Positions 14,168-32,406 of a DNA stretch of 64,000 bases are shown one piece after another. Under the pieces are notes generated by a model that was not told the origin of the DNA, made no database searches, and worked only from the letters and a program-made list of their open reading frames with translations. The translations under genes were made by a program, and so were the position numbers. The stretch's first letter is position 1; every line of letters begins with the position of its first letter. The DNA comes from the human T2T-CHM13v2.0 reference genome, Homo sapiens: assembly GCF_009914755.1 (NCBI RefSeq), contig NC_060925.1; one strand, given 5' to 3'.

Positions 14168-15228
14168 TGTAACAAGGCTTTCTGAAACATCTAGCAATGA
14201 GTGACTTGCTTCTACTAGATATAAAAAAACCTTCTTTCTTGGATGAGAGCCAAGGCAGACCCGCCTCTATCAGTCACACATCCCACTGTGTGGTTCAAGG
14301 TGAGAGAGCTCAGACACCCACACAGGGATTTGCGTAGTTTCTCCAGTGGCAGCTTCAGATGGGAAATCCGTGAAGCATGGGTGTCCTGGCTGTCGGTGTC
14401 TTTCACAGAACCACACTGTGTTCTGGATCTACTGCACCAAGAGCCAGTTCTTTCCTTTTAGGCATTGTAGGGCCTCAGAGTGATCCAAGGCTCCCTAAAT
14501 CATTCACATATGGGAATAGAAAAATCTTTGGTATACATTAGTCCTCTTCGAATGCTTGCTGAAAATCTGGGCGGGGTGTGGTGGCTCACACCTGTAGTCC
14601 CAGCAGTTTGGGAGGCCGAGCTGGAAAGATCGCTTAAGCCCAGGAGTTTGAGACCAGCCTGGGCAACGTAGTGAGACCTTGTCTCTATTTTAAAAAAGAA
14701 AAAAAATCTGGACAGCATCTCCTTGGTGCTTCTTTAGAACTCCATTCTCCCAGTAATTCTAGTAAGGGTTGTACAGAAGAGGTGATTTTGAGGACCTCTT
14801 ATGTAGATAACAGGTTATAAAGTGAGTGTGTTGAACAAAATTGAAAATAGAGGAAAAAAAGGTAGTGTGTTCCAGAGTGCCTTTCTTTGGCGCTTGTTTT
14901 CTTCAACTCCTGTCAAAATTGCCCTGATAGGTAGAGATATTGCTTGCACATGTTCACCGGTAGCTTTTGCCTTGTCACACACCTGTTATGATAGCAGGGT
15001 TTCACTGTCTACAGATTGCAGGCCAGAGATTGGTATTCAAGTTTTCAATAAGGAAGAATTGCCCTAGGAAGGGCAAAGGCTTAGAATCAGACAGGTATGA
15101 GTCTGAATCCTGACTTTTTATTTACCAGCAGAGAAACCATTGACAGGTTATGTAAACTCTAAGCCTCAGTTTCTTCACCTACAAAATGGGTATAGTAATA
15201 ACTGCCTTACAAGATTATTTTATTTTAG

Positions 15229-17253
<2,025 letters not shown>

Positions 17254-18212
17254 CTAGGGCCTGTCTTTAGGAGCCGGTTTGGAGTAATAAAAGGCAGCCC
17301 TCTGCTGAGCTCCTGTGTCGTGCCTGCTAGGTATTACATACACTCTTTTCCTCAGCATTCCCGAGGCAAGTGGGCGTTACCCTCATATGACAGGCAGAGA
17401 AGCAGGCCTGAGTGGTTATGAGGCAGTGAGGTGTGTTTCCTTGGGCAAGTTGCTTAGCTTCTCTGAGCCTCAGTAGCTCCTCTGTCTGTTAAATGGGATC
17501 ATGAAAACCCTTCACCATAAGCTGCACAAGCGCAAGAACACTAAGGCCCACCCCAAAGAGAAGGCCAAGCAGCAGGTGCTTGCAGAGCCTGAGATTCCTA
17601 TGGACCCAGCAGCGACTCCCACCCTCGCCTGGGCTGTGAGCCACCTGGCTGATGCCCCTGCACCTCTGATGGCACTGAGACAAAGGAGAGATCTGGTCTT
17701 GGGTGTCTTGGGACTGTACCCATCGTCCCAGCCTGAGCCCAACTTGATGGAAGCTAGAAAAGTCATGCCATCCTTTTTTGTGTAATTCTTTCTTGGTGGG
17801 GAAATTCTGAGGTAACATTTTATGCCTGCTAATAGAGCCAAAAAAAAGTGTAAAGCCCATTGTTAGTAGAACGGTGGGGAAACAGCATTGCTTACATATC
17901 TCTAGCACTATAAATGTTGTTACAGGACAAACTAATAAAATATAAACAGTGATTAAGTTTTCATATACTTAGGCCCAGGAATTCCATATATTGAAATAGG
18001 GCACTTTCCTATGCATTCACTGGGTGGAGAGAAATTTTTAAATAAAGGCCTCAATGAAATAAGTCACCAAATTAGAAAGTAATTGATAGAAACATGTATT
18101 CATAATGCTGCCATTTATAGTTCTAAGGATTGGAAACCACCCAAATACCCAAAATAGAAAGCTAGCTAAACAAATAGGTAGACAATATCACTAATATAAG
18201 ATGGGGCCCTAC

Positions 18213-18504
<292 letters not shown>

Positions 18505-18579
18505 GATGGGGCCCCATGGAGCTGTTTAAATGACAGTCATTTTGGTGGAAATGTTTATATGAGGGAATGTTACCTGTAA

Positions 18580-19020
<441 letters not shown>

Positions 19021-19273
19021 CCTGATTTTCTCTATAAAGGAGAGAATTGCCACATTCTTGTCATGAGACTTTATGACTTTTCCAAATTTCTGTGTGCGGG
19101 CATGACGCTGCCCAGGCAGGTGGCAAGCTCGCCAAGGACCAGGCTTAACAGAAAGCCTTTGGGACTTGACCCACTGCTCTTTGCTCAGCTTGTGATGGGA
19201 GAAGATTTTACTAAGTTGCACTGGAAGAGCTGGCTCTTCCCCTCCTCTTCACAGCTTCTCCCCTGCTTTCTAG

Positions 19274-19387
<114 letters not shown>

Positions 19388-19447
19388 TGAGCAGCACTTG
19401 GAGGTGTGAGGAAAGGGAGGGAACATTAGGCAAGTCCTTTTCATTCC

Positions 19448-20830
<1,383 letters not shown>

Positions 20831-21015
20831 TCAGCCTGCATGTGTGACTTACTTCACATTTAGAGTAAGTGGAATCCAACCTGATGGCTGGTGTGGCTTA
20901 CTGGACTTTGTATCGCCATTGTTTGGCCTCTCCGTGAGCGTGGAGTCTTTTTTAGGATTGGGTGCGGGCCTTGGGAGCGCCCCCACGTGCAAGCTCCTGG
21001 TTACTCTGCATGTAA

Positions 21016-21303
<288 letters not shown>

Positions 21304-21684
21304 TAATTAGCTTATTTACCCTTCGGTCCACTTGGTATGGTGGCCAGGCATTTTCTTGAAATAGATTATCCTACCATGTCATCTCGACTCAGAAACCTTC
21401 CATGGCTGTCTGTTGCCTAGAGTCAAGTCCAAACTCTTATGAACTTGTGATCCAACTCAGTGATCATCACAATTTGGCCCCAACCTGCTTTGGCAACCTA
21501 ATGCTCCTTATGGTCTGTACCTGCCACCCCATCCCCTCAGCCCCTTACAGCCTTGCTATTAGTCTCTGAGACCCATTCCCCAGGCCATGCTTGGTAGCTT
21601 TGTGGATGAACTGGGTTGGGAAGAAAGGTCTCCCTCTATGCTTATATTTCTGTGAAGGAGAAGATAGCATTAAAACATTTTTTA

Positions 21685-21981
21685 GGCCAGGAGTGGTGGA
21701 TCATGCCTGTAATCCCAGCACTTTGGAAGGCAAAGGCAGGTGGATCACCTGAGGTCAGGAGTTTGAGACTAGCCAGGCCAGCATGGAGAAACCCCGTCTC
21801 TACTAAAAATACAAAAATTAGCTGAGTGTGGTGGTGCACACCTGTAATCCCAGCTACTTGGGAGGTTGAGGCAGGAGAATCGCTCGAATCCAGGGGGCGG
21901 AGGTTACAGTGAGTTGAGATCATGCCACTGTGCTCCAGCCTGGGCAACAGAGTGAGACTCCATCTCAAAAAAAAAAAAAAA
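21685..21981 (+). mobile_element. AluS-like element downstream of exon 3
   Basis: Dimer with polyA tail. Confidence 0.92.
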
Positions 21982-22426
21982 TTTGTTTTTTAAACCTATT
22001 CAAGGTCTAAATAATTCCAACAGTAAGGCTGGAATTTCCTCTAACTGTGCTCAACATCAAACTGACATTGAGATAAATTGAGATGAGCCAAACTCATAAC
22101 AAAATGAATGTAACAATATTACAAAAATGAATGAAGAACTTAAGAAAGGGGAAGGTGCCAAATGTATAATGGGAGGAGTGTAGAGAGAGGGATAATGGGA
22201 GCAGTGTAGAGAGAGGGAGGATTAATCGGGGGGAGGAAGGGGATGCAGATGCAATAGGGCATGCCCTGCCCCACCCCAGCATGCTCTCTGGAGTCTTTCA
22301 TCCCTTCCATCAGTCAAACCACAAAGTGTGATGAAGCATTGCTCCCCGTATGTTATACCCTCCCACCCCCACGCCCCCCCAACAGCAGTGTCTCTTAAGC
22401 CATTTGTCCATTATTTGGTTTGTTGA

Positions 22427-22720
<294 letters not shown>

Positions 22721-22827
22721 TGTTCCCCCTGCAGGAGCAGGTTCTTGGGAGCGTGAGGCAGGAAGACACTAGGTGCTGAATCTCCTGCAAAACTGGCTGC
22801 CTGGAGGCCCTGAGCCACCCAGATCTG

Positions 22828-22833
22828 AATAAA
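22828..22833 (+). terminator. NENF: Proximal polyadenylation signal AATAAA
   Basis: AATAAA about 107 nt after the stop, with GU-rich tgttgtccttggt downstream. Confidence 0.7.
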
Positions 22834-23066
22834 ACAGATGCTTACCCTGGAAGAGCAAATGCCTCCTGTTGTCCTTGGTCAGGGGTTCTGTCTACCTGGG
22901 GACCCCTGTCTGCACACCAGGGATCAATAAGAGCCAAAGTGGGACACCTCCTAGATGTCAGTATCAGCTGGCTGGGCAGTGGAATTTTGAGCGACCTTTA
23001 CTTTATACTTTTCTGTGCTTGACAGATTTTCAGCCATGACCATGTTCACTTTATAATCAAAACAAA

Positions 23067-23072
23067 AATAAA
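23067..23072 (+). terminator. NENF: Distal polyadenylation signal AATAAA
   Basis: Second AATAAA in an AT-rich context, with GU-rich ctgtgttgttctt at ~23143. Confidence 0.65.
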
Positions 23073-23399
23073 GGTCCCATTTTTACAAAAGGAGAATTCT
23101 TCCCCAGAGGCCATTTCCTTGGAGCCCACATAAGCGGGTGGGCTGTGTTGTTCTTCCATAGTCCTGCGGGGCCGGATGGTGGGGCATTTAGGCAATGGGC
23201 AGGAAAAGAGAGTGGTGAGGTGGGAGGGTGGGCGATGGGAAGGGAGCCAGGAAACCCGGCTGGAGTGAGGGTGGGAACTGGCTTCAGTGCACGTGCAGCT
23301 GGAGATTGGTGAGGAGGGCCGGGGTCAGTGTGGGCAGAGCCTGGTGGAGGTCATTCCAAGAACGGGAGGCATATTCCTTATGCTGGACTGAGGTCAGAT

Positions 23400-23620
23400 T
23401 TTAAGAGGAAGCCCCTTTTGTTAGAGTGGGCAGATTTTTCCCTCTGGGGACATTGGGTGATGTCTGGCAACATTTTTTTTTTTTTAATTTTTGTCTGTCA
23501 TGACTGCAGGATGCTACTGGCATCTCGAGGCCAGGGATGCTGGTCAACATTCTGTAATGCACCTGACAAAGCATCATCCGGTCCGGAATTTCACCCATAC
23601 TGAGGCTGATAAATACTGTG
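23400..23620. mobile_element. MER20-like hAT fossil
   Basis: ggggacattgggtgatgtctggcaacatttt...gctactggcatctcgaggccagggatgctg. Confidence 0.7.
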
Positions 23621-24862
23621 TTAGATGGATCCTGGACATTTTACAGTGGAGATGAATTTCCTTGACATAAAACTTGTATTTTATTAAAATAAATAGCAAC
23701 TGCCCCCAAGAGAGAATTTTCACATTAAGCAGAATAATCTGTTAAGGTGATTGTTCAAAATGTTGACTCCTGGGCCCCACCTCCTAGCGCTTAGGATTCA
23801 GTATTTCTAGAACATGGCCTGGAACAGTGCTTGTAGTGAGCTGCTCAGGAAGTTGTGATACAAACAGGCCCAAACACACTTTGAGACACCACCTTATTGC
23901 CTTATCAGTCATCGCAAGGACAACTCAGATCCTTTTTGAGGGCAAGGTTTGACCTTTAATGTGTTCCAGGGCTGGGGAGTCTAATGGTAAACCTCTGGGT
24001 TGCACTGAAGAAGATGGGAGCTTGATGGCCATCCAAGAGTAACGCGCTTGGATCTTATCAGATAGGACTTTTTGGCCTAGAATTCTAGAAGTTGCTTATG
24101 CAGCCAAGGTTGTCTGTAGCGGACATTTTGCCCCAAAACAGGATGTACAAATAAATACAAATGGTGTCCAAGTCCTTGGGAATAGTCGAGAGATGACTTC
24201 TTTTACTTATGTGCCCACCACTCCCTACATCACTATGTAATGTGGGGTGGGAGGGTGGGTAGAATTCCACTCCTTAGACACAGATTTCTGCAGTGAATCA
24301 AGGTCTCCAAATTCAGGCTCTGGGAACTTCCCAACACCACTGTTTGCCCCACTCCTCACCTTTGCCCCCATGAAGGCAGTTTTCCCTCATGGTCTCAGGC
24401 TCACCACCCCTCCCAGGATTACCCTGCCCAGTTCCCTGAGTGCACATCAAAAGCTGCCAGCCAGCCAGGACAGTGTGCAAGAAATCGGCAGCCTGTGTGG
24501 GCTCTAGAAAGGGTGGGTGCAACCCCAGGGGAGGAGGCACAGGCCGGCCTGAGGATTCTGCATCATTGAGGTCTGCAGGGCCTAAAAGTCTCGCACAGAC
24601 CCTGGGAGGCCTGAAGTCCCTGCGTCATGTGCCCCCTGCTCCTATGTCTATTTATAATGTTTTTCTTTTTCTCTGAAGGCTCATATCCTCCTTTTAAGAC
24701 TCAGCCTAGGTGCACCTGTACCAGGAAGCCTTCCCCCTCCTGTGTGATCCCCTTAGCCTAGACTCACCTGCTTTGCTGTGATTGCCTGTTTGTGAGCCTG
24801 TCTCCTTCAAACAGGGGCATCTTATGGGCCCAGCACACTCTCCTACAGTGACCAAACTTTCT

Positions 24863-25732
24863 TTCTTTTTTTTTTTTTTTCACTTTTCATTATCTTATCT
24901 CATTGGAAATTATACATAATGTAAACAGTAGAACGTGATTCACTGATTTTTTTTTTCCTTAGTTTAATACAAGTGTGCCTCACTTTAAGCAAAATATACT
25001 AAATGATTTCTGAGACAGGAGTTTCCTTACTTTTTCAGTTAAAAAGATTTGCTTACAGAATTTCTTTAAATAACAAGGCTTCTTTGGCCGGTTTAGAGTA
25101 TTCAGATCACAGAAATTGATTTCACACACAACTTCTTTGAAATACCTACATTGCATAAAATGAGGCACACAGATACATGTGCCCATTCCATCGAGATTGC
25201 CTCATTATTTTGTGTTATTTTATATTTTTCATTTTGTCATTATTAACACTTTAGCATACCAGGTTCATTCACTCTCTATTTTAGTTGAGATGAGTTAGTG
25301 TTTCTAAGGAGTGTTTCGTAATCTCTTGTCCCAAACTAGGCTAGTTTGGGAATCCAGTGAGAGTGACTGAAAACTGAAATTCAAGTCCTGAACATCCTTC
25401 CAGAACACAGCCTATCACCCTGTGGAGATAACACACAAACTATCTCAGAGGACCCCCACCTGTGGAAGTGAAAATCATGTGAGAGTCATAGTTCAAAAGA
25501 AAAAAGTGCTGGGCACCGTGGCTCATGCCTGTAATCTCAGCACTTTGGGAGGCCGAGGTGGGAGGATCACTTGGGCCCAGGTGTTTGAGGCCAGTCTGGG
25601 CAACAGAGGGAGACCCTGTCTGTACAAAAAATTGGCCAGGTGTGGTGGCTCACGCCTGTAATCCCAGCACTTTGGGAGGCTGAGGTGGACGGATCAGCTG
25701 AGGTCAGGAGTTTGAGACCAGCCTGGCCAACA
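24863..25732 (-). mobile_element. Retroposed orphan insertion (polyA-tailed on - strand) with 19-bp TSD
   Basis: tacagtgaccaaactttct at 24844-24862 and 25733-25751, polyT at 24863-24880, an AT-rich unique body and Alu pieces at ~25508-25732. Confidence 0.75.
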
Positions 25733-25852
25733 TACAGTGACCAAACTTTCTGATTTGCCTGGGACTTTCCCGGTTTTAGCACTGAAAGTCCTGCATCCCG
25801 GAAAACAAAACCCCTCTGTCCTGGGCAAACCTGAGGACTGACCGGCACCAGC
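25733..25852. mobile_element. MER81-like hAT MITE
   Basis: gtgacca...tttgcctgggactttcccggttttagcactgaaagtcc...gtcctgggcaaacc. Confidence 0.7.
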
Positions 25853-26304
25853 AGCGGAGTCAAGGCCTCCTCCCAGCTGTGGGGCTCTAGGGCTTCATGC
25901 CACCCTGGGATGAAGAAGGAGGGAGGACGTTGGGAGAGCGCAGGGGGCTGGGTTTTTGCCAGTCCCTACAAGTTCCAATTCAACATCTCCAACAGGAAGC
26001 TCAATGCCTGGTCTGCAGAAGGTGCTCAGTGCATGGAGTGTTGTTGATATTGGTGTAATTTGTGAAGTTCTCCACATTTAAATTCCTTCTGCTGAGGTAT
26101 AGCCCCTCCCTGCCCTCTCAGAGGAAACGTGTTTCCTTGCACCCCAGAATGCTGATCAGTACACTTCCCTCTCTGAGCTCCTGGGGCCTGGGGCACAGAG
26201 CCTTCCCCCCTTGCAGATGGCTGGGGGTCAGCCCCCATGCCATGTAATGGGAGAAAAGGAAACAAGGTTTTGCTGTGTGGAGCCTGCTTCTGTATTTCAA
26301 ACTA

Positions 26305-26650
<346 letters not shown>

Positions 26651-29600
26651 CTAAGAATTAAATGCCCCAGAGGGTAAGTGATGGAGTTGATTGTCCCAAA
26701 GAAGAGCAGGGCAGAGGGGTCTGACCAGCAGACCAGGTCCCTAGAGGTGGAGGCTGTGCAGAGGTCGCCTGGCCTAAGGTCTGGCCCAGGCCCCAGCCCT
26801 ATCCTGGACCCAAGATGCTCACCCCATACCTTAGGCACCTGCTCCAGGGGGTTTCCTCACCACCACTACCCAAGGGCCTGAACAAAGCAAACTCATCCTC
26901 TACATTGGCTTCCTTCAGAAGCCTGCTTTTCATGCCCCAATCTCCAAAAAGCATGGTCCACTGGGCACCGCCAGCCTCCTGAGATGCTGCTGTGAGGGGC
27001 TGAAGCTGGAAATCCATGGCTGGAACCTGGCCCCTGAGAGGCAATGAGTGCCCTGGTTCCAGGCCCTCCCCCGGATCACTGTGATGACCAGAGATCACCT
27101 GCAGGGCCCAGAGAATGCAGCTGGCCTTCTGATGGATGGTGGCTTCCAGCACACTAGGGCCACACTAGGGCCTTGCTCAAGCAGGCCTGGAACTCCACAG
27201 GCTTGACTGGAGAGGCCTGAGCAAGCCAGTGGGCAAAGTGACCGACCAGGCAGAAGTTAGCCCTGTGGGCCTCTGTCCAGGACATCAAATGCAATCATTG
27301 CCTGGAGGATTATTTAATGCCATGTTGTATCGGTCATCTTTTATGCTCCATTTCACAGCCTGTCAGCCCAGCTGTAATCTCTCAGTGCCTGATTTAGCTT
27401 TCTTGCCTGGGCTTCTCTGCCAGGCAGAGCTGCTTAAGCTGTTCTGGGACAGCTGCAAACCGGCAGGTGCAAGGAATTAACATCCTCTCGGGGCAACCTG
27501 CAGCTGATAGGGGATGAGTAGACACATTCTCCCCACAGCCCTGAGGCTCACTCTACAGCTTCTTCAGAAGGCCCCCAGTGATATTGAGCCTCAGCTGCCC
27601 ACAGTGGTGTCAGCTTAACAACACAGCCATAGACTGGCCAAGCCTCCTTCCCAGTTTCATTCTTCCCAGTCCCTGATGCCTGAGCCCATGGATCACTTTC
27701 TAGATGTGTGTTCCTGCATGCAAACCTTTGTTGCAGTTTCTGCTTTTGGGAAGAACTCAGCCTGAAACACAAGTTTACTTCCTCAGATACCGACACATCC
27801 TGTTGTGCCAAACTCAGATTTACTAATAACATTTTACACATGCATAGTACTTTACAGCTTACAAAGTTCTCATTCTAGCTACGACAGCTGTGTAACCAGT
27901 TGCCCTAGAACTTAGTGGCATCACTATGACGACATCACTCAGGATGGAGCCGCTCATGATGCTCAGAGATTTTGTGTGCCGGGGACTGAGAGGGTGCAGT
28001 GGGCATTGCCTTTCTGCCCCTGATGTCTGTGGCGGGTGTCACATGGAATGATGAGGGCTCACTCACATTTCTGGCGAGTGGTGCTGGCTGCCAGAAGCTC
28101 TACTCCTCTCCATGGGTAACTTCTCACAGCATGGTGGCAGGACTGTCCCTCCTCAGCCTCTGAAGTCAGGCAGCATCATTTCTGTTCACCAAGGCAGGCA
28201 AGCACAAAGTCTCACCTAAGGTCAGGGAGCATGGGGCCATTTTGGGAAAATACAATCCCCCATGGTTACTTCCCACATTATCTCCTTTGATTCTCACAAA
28301 AGAGACTGTATCTAATCTTTGAATCTGCAGTGCTGAGGTCAAATAGCAGGTGTGCATGCAGTAAATCACATTTGCCTTGTGGACAGAGACAGGTTTTAGA
28401 GTCAGACTGATCTGCCTTTGAATCCTGGTTTCATCACTTAGCACCTGTATGATCATGGAGAAGTAATTTAGCTTCTCTGAGCCTCAGTTTCCCAATCTTT
28501 ACAATGAGGGCCAAAATACTCATTTCCCTTGCTGATGCTAGAATTTGATGCAGTTGTGTGTGTAACATGCCCAGCAGGCTCCTGACACCTGTGGGATGTT
28601 CGGCTTCTCTCTCTTTCTTCCTCTTCTACTCCATCCTACCTCCCACTTCCCACCTCTTGCACTGATGAGCATCTTGGACTTCCCAGCAGGTGCAGGGACA
28701 TAGGTGAGCAGAAAGCATTTAGACACGTGTCCAGGGTCTTGACAACAGGCTGGAGTTTGGAAGAAGTCCGGATAAGCAGCTACAGTGCCCTCTGTCTTCC
28801 TCATCCCTGGACACATCCCGCCCAGCCCAGAACTGAGAGCATTAACTCAGCTCCTCCGATGGAAGACTCCCTCGTACAGCCTCAGAGTCTCAGGTTTCCC
28901 AGGTGCCCTATAGATTCTCCCAGAGTCCCAAGGGCAGTGGGAAAGCCTGCTCCTCTCTCCCAGGGGCCTTGCCCAGACTGCAGTCTTGCTGCCAGAGGCC
29001 TAATAGCTGGTGTTCTGGGTGTACCACTGTGGTGCAGTTTGTCTCACCCCCAACCCCCTGATGGTTTGGGTCTCTACAGCTTTCCACTTCCCACTGGGTT
29101 GGGCCCTAGCCCTGACTCCAGAAGTGAAGTGACTTTTGTTCCAGAAGGTGCGGTATTCACAGTCTCCCCTGGGCCTTTGCACATGCTGTTGTTCTTCTGC
29201 CTGGAATGTTCTTCCTACTTGCCCACATTGCATGTAAAACCCTATCTTGGCTTAGATATTACTTCCTCAAGGAAGCTTTCTCAGACCTCTCCCTGCCAAG
29301 GTGGGCACACAGTACCTGACTTGCCCCTGCGGTATCAGATCTCACTGAACTGTAATTGTATTTACTTTGTGTTTTCCTCCCCACCAGGCGGGGACGCACT
29401 TGCCCCATTCACAACTGTATCACGTAGCACAAGCCCAGCACCTTTGATGTGAGATAAAAATGAATGCATTGGCAAATGGACACGTGGTGAATGAATGAAT
29501 GAGGCGATGGATTGGTGCTCCCTCACCCAGGGCACATGCCTTCCTTGCAGCCCTCTTTCACCCCTTACTCAGGGGTGTGCATCTGATTCCTGAAGCATCA

Positions 29601-31086
29601 GAGCGGCTCCCCACCCTCCAGCCAAGTTTCCAGCAGAGCCTGCCTGGGCATCGCTTCCAGGATTACTCCTGGACCAACTTCGCCTGAGCATTTCTGCAGC
29701 TTCATCATCTGGGGAATGTATAAAAATAGTAAGTGGTTCCCCTGGCAACCACCACAGCAAATGGTAACTAGGGTGGGCGGTCCAGGAAAGCCTCGAGGCT
29801 GGGAGGAAAACAAACGCCGCCCTCACTGCTCACTCTCCAAATCTTGGCTGGCCAGCGTGCCCTCTGAGCTGCCTCTCCTAGTCTCATGGCTTCCTGGAGA
29901 CCACCTGCTCTGAAGCCCAAAGGAAAATAATGGGCTGGAGGAGCTGCCCCATCAGCCCAGACCATCCGCCCCATCAGTCCCTGGGCTGCTGCCCCTGCGC
30001 CCTCTCTGTAGGGTCACCAAGGGCCTCTTCTGGCTGCCCTGCCCTGTCCAGTGCCTTATCTGGGTAGTCAGAGGACTTCAGAAGCTGCCAGCGGGAGACT
30101 CAGCCTTGCTGCCAGGGTCTAATATCGTGTGTGCATGTGTGGACCCCTTGTGCTGGGCTGACCAAGCCCCTTCACGACAGTTTGGTCTCTGCCCAGGTCT
30201 TCAGCTTCCCTGCCCTCCAGCCAGGCTCATGGCCTAGCTCTTGCAAGTTTACCCCTCCACCAAAGTTTAGTGTAGGTGCTGCCCAAGGCTCAGATCTTGT
30301 CACCACTACCTCCTCTCTGGGATGATTAGAGGGCATGGGGCTTCTGCATGCTAAACCCTTGGGGTGACAGTTGGGAGCACGGGCTGGGAGGGTGCTGGGA
30401 AGGCATTGCCAAGCTGGCTGCAAACCGTCCACAGGAAGCCAGGCTCTAGGAGATCCTGAGAGAGGGAAAATCCAGCAGCTGAGACACTAAGCGGGGCTGG
30501 AGGCAGAACCTGGAGCGAGTGTGACCCTGAGGTGTCAGGGAGCGGAAGCCTAAGGTCTCCAGTGGGTGGCTGGTGGGTGCAGCTATTTCAGAGTAGCCTG
30601 ATCAGCCAGGCTGCTGCTGTCTTTTCCCTGTGTGTGAGCCAGGCTTTTGCTCCCCTGCTGTCCCCCCGCCCCCTTGGCTGCAGTTACCTCTACCCTGTCC
30701 TTGCCTCTCCCAGCTGAAGCCTACTTCCTGCCTCACTGCCCCTGCCCCTGCCTCTTGTCCAAGTCGGTGCTGATGGTCATTGCAATAGCGGCACTGGGCT
30801 AGCATGAGCCAGGTGCTGGCATGCCATGTTTGCGGCTTAATTTATTCTCTTCAAGGTGGTACTAACATTTGGTTGGGTCTTAGGAAGCATAAGTAACTTG
30901 CAAGGGAAACTACACCTCTGACAACTGAGAGGTGCTGGAGCTGAGATTCCAAGGCAAGTCTTCCTTCCAGCCTGGCCACTTTCCATTCTGCCCTGTTGTG
31001 CTTCAAGATCGAGCCTTCCAGGGAGCTCCACCCCAGGGCCATTGGAATTAGGATGTGGCATGCCGAGCTGGTGGCAGAGACTCTAA

Positions 31087-31485
<399 letters not shown>

Positions 31486-31998
31486 TAGTTAACAAGTATT
31501 TCTTGTGCTCTAGTCTTCACAGAATTCTGTGGTGAACAAGACCTGCTGTCATTTGAGAGAGGCTCTCTCGGACTAAGGATGTGTGATACAGGCTCAGGGT
31601 ACTAAGCCCCATGGCATCACCCAGAGGGAGGTCGTGGGACCCAGGCCCACCTGTGGGAGCTCAGAGCCTGCTGGTGGCAGCTGCAAGCCACCCCAAAGAT
31701 AGGAGAGGTCATAGTGGCTGTGGTGGCCGGTGATGCCCACCTGGAGGCCATGTGAGCTGTGGCTGGGACTCCCTTGTCTAATCTCCCCCATATTTCTGGA
31801 TTTGGCCTCCACATTGAGGAATCTCTTACTACTCAGGATCCCTGAAATACATCTGTTGCCTTCCTGCCTGAGCCCTCTCACTTCTTCCCCTTTCCCGTTT
31901 ATCCATGACCCTCCCCTTAACTGTCACTCATAACCTCTGTCTGATTCACACCACTGCACTCTCTCTGCCATTCCTTCAAAGATCAAGCAGTTTCCTTC

Positions 31999-32406
31999 TG
32001 TTAAACAAAATGTATGGGAGGCCATTATTTGGACTGACCTCCTGCATTAGGGTCCAACAGACCCATCCAAAATGGAGTCACTCACACTAAGGTTCCGCAC
32101 CACGAAACCAAAAACGAAGCTGTTTACTTGGATCTGAGCTTCTGAGAAATCAGGAGAGAGTTGATAGTCATATCCCATTAGGCTAACAAGATCCTCAATA
32201 AGGAAAGTAACTTTGAAACGGCCAATCTGCATCTTATTTCTTGTTTTGGCTTTCTTCAGCCTTTTCTGCCTATAAGCTCAGCCCTTAGCTCAGCTCATGG
32301 GAGTTCCTTTTTATTTTGTAGACTGGATACTGCCCAGTTCATGAATTGCTAATAAAGGCAAACTAGACCTTTACAGCTCAATTTATTGAAATTTTGTTAT
32401 TTGATA
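31999..32406 (+). mobile_element. Solo LTR, MER31-like (ERV1)
   Basis: Starts tgttaaacaaaatgtatgggaggccattatttggactga...ccaaaatggagtcactca, with an internal AATAAA at ~32352. Confidence 0.72.

Noticed and set aside
28727-29452. 241-aa ORF (also 37143-37679, 41637-42269 and 62030-62641)
   Set aside because: Non-ATG starts, no recognisable domain, and partial overlap with old L2/MIR-like sequence; consistent with chance ORFs in GC-rich DNA.
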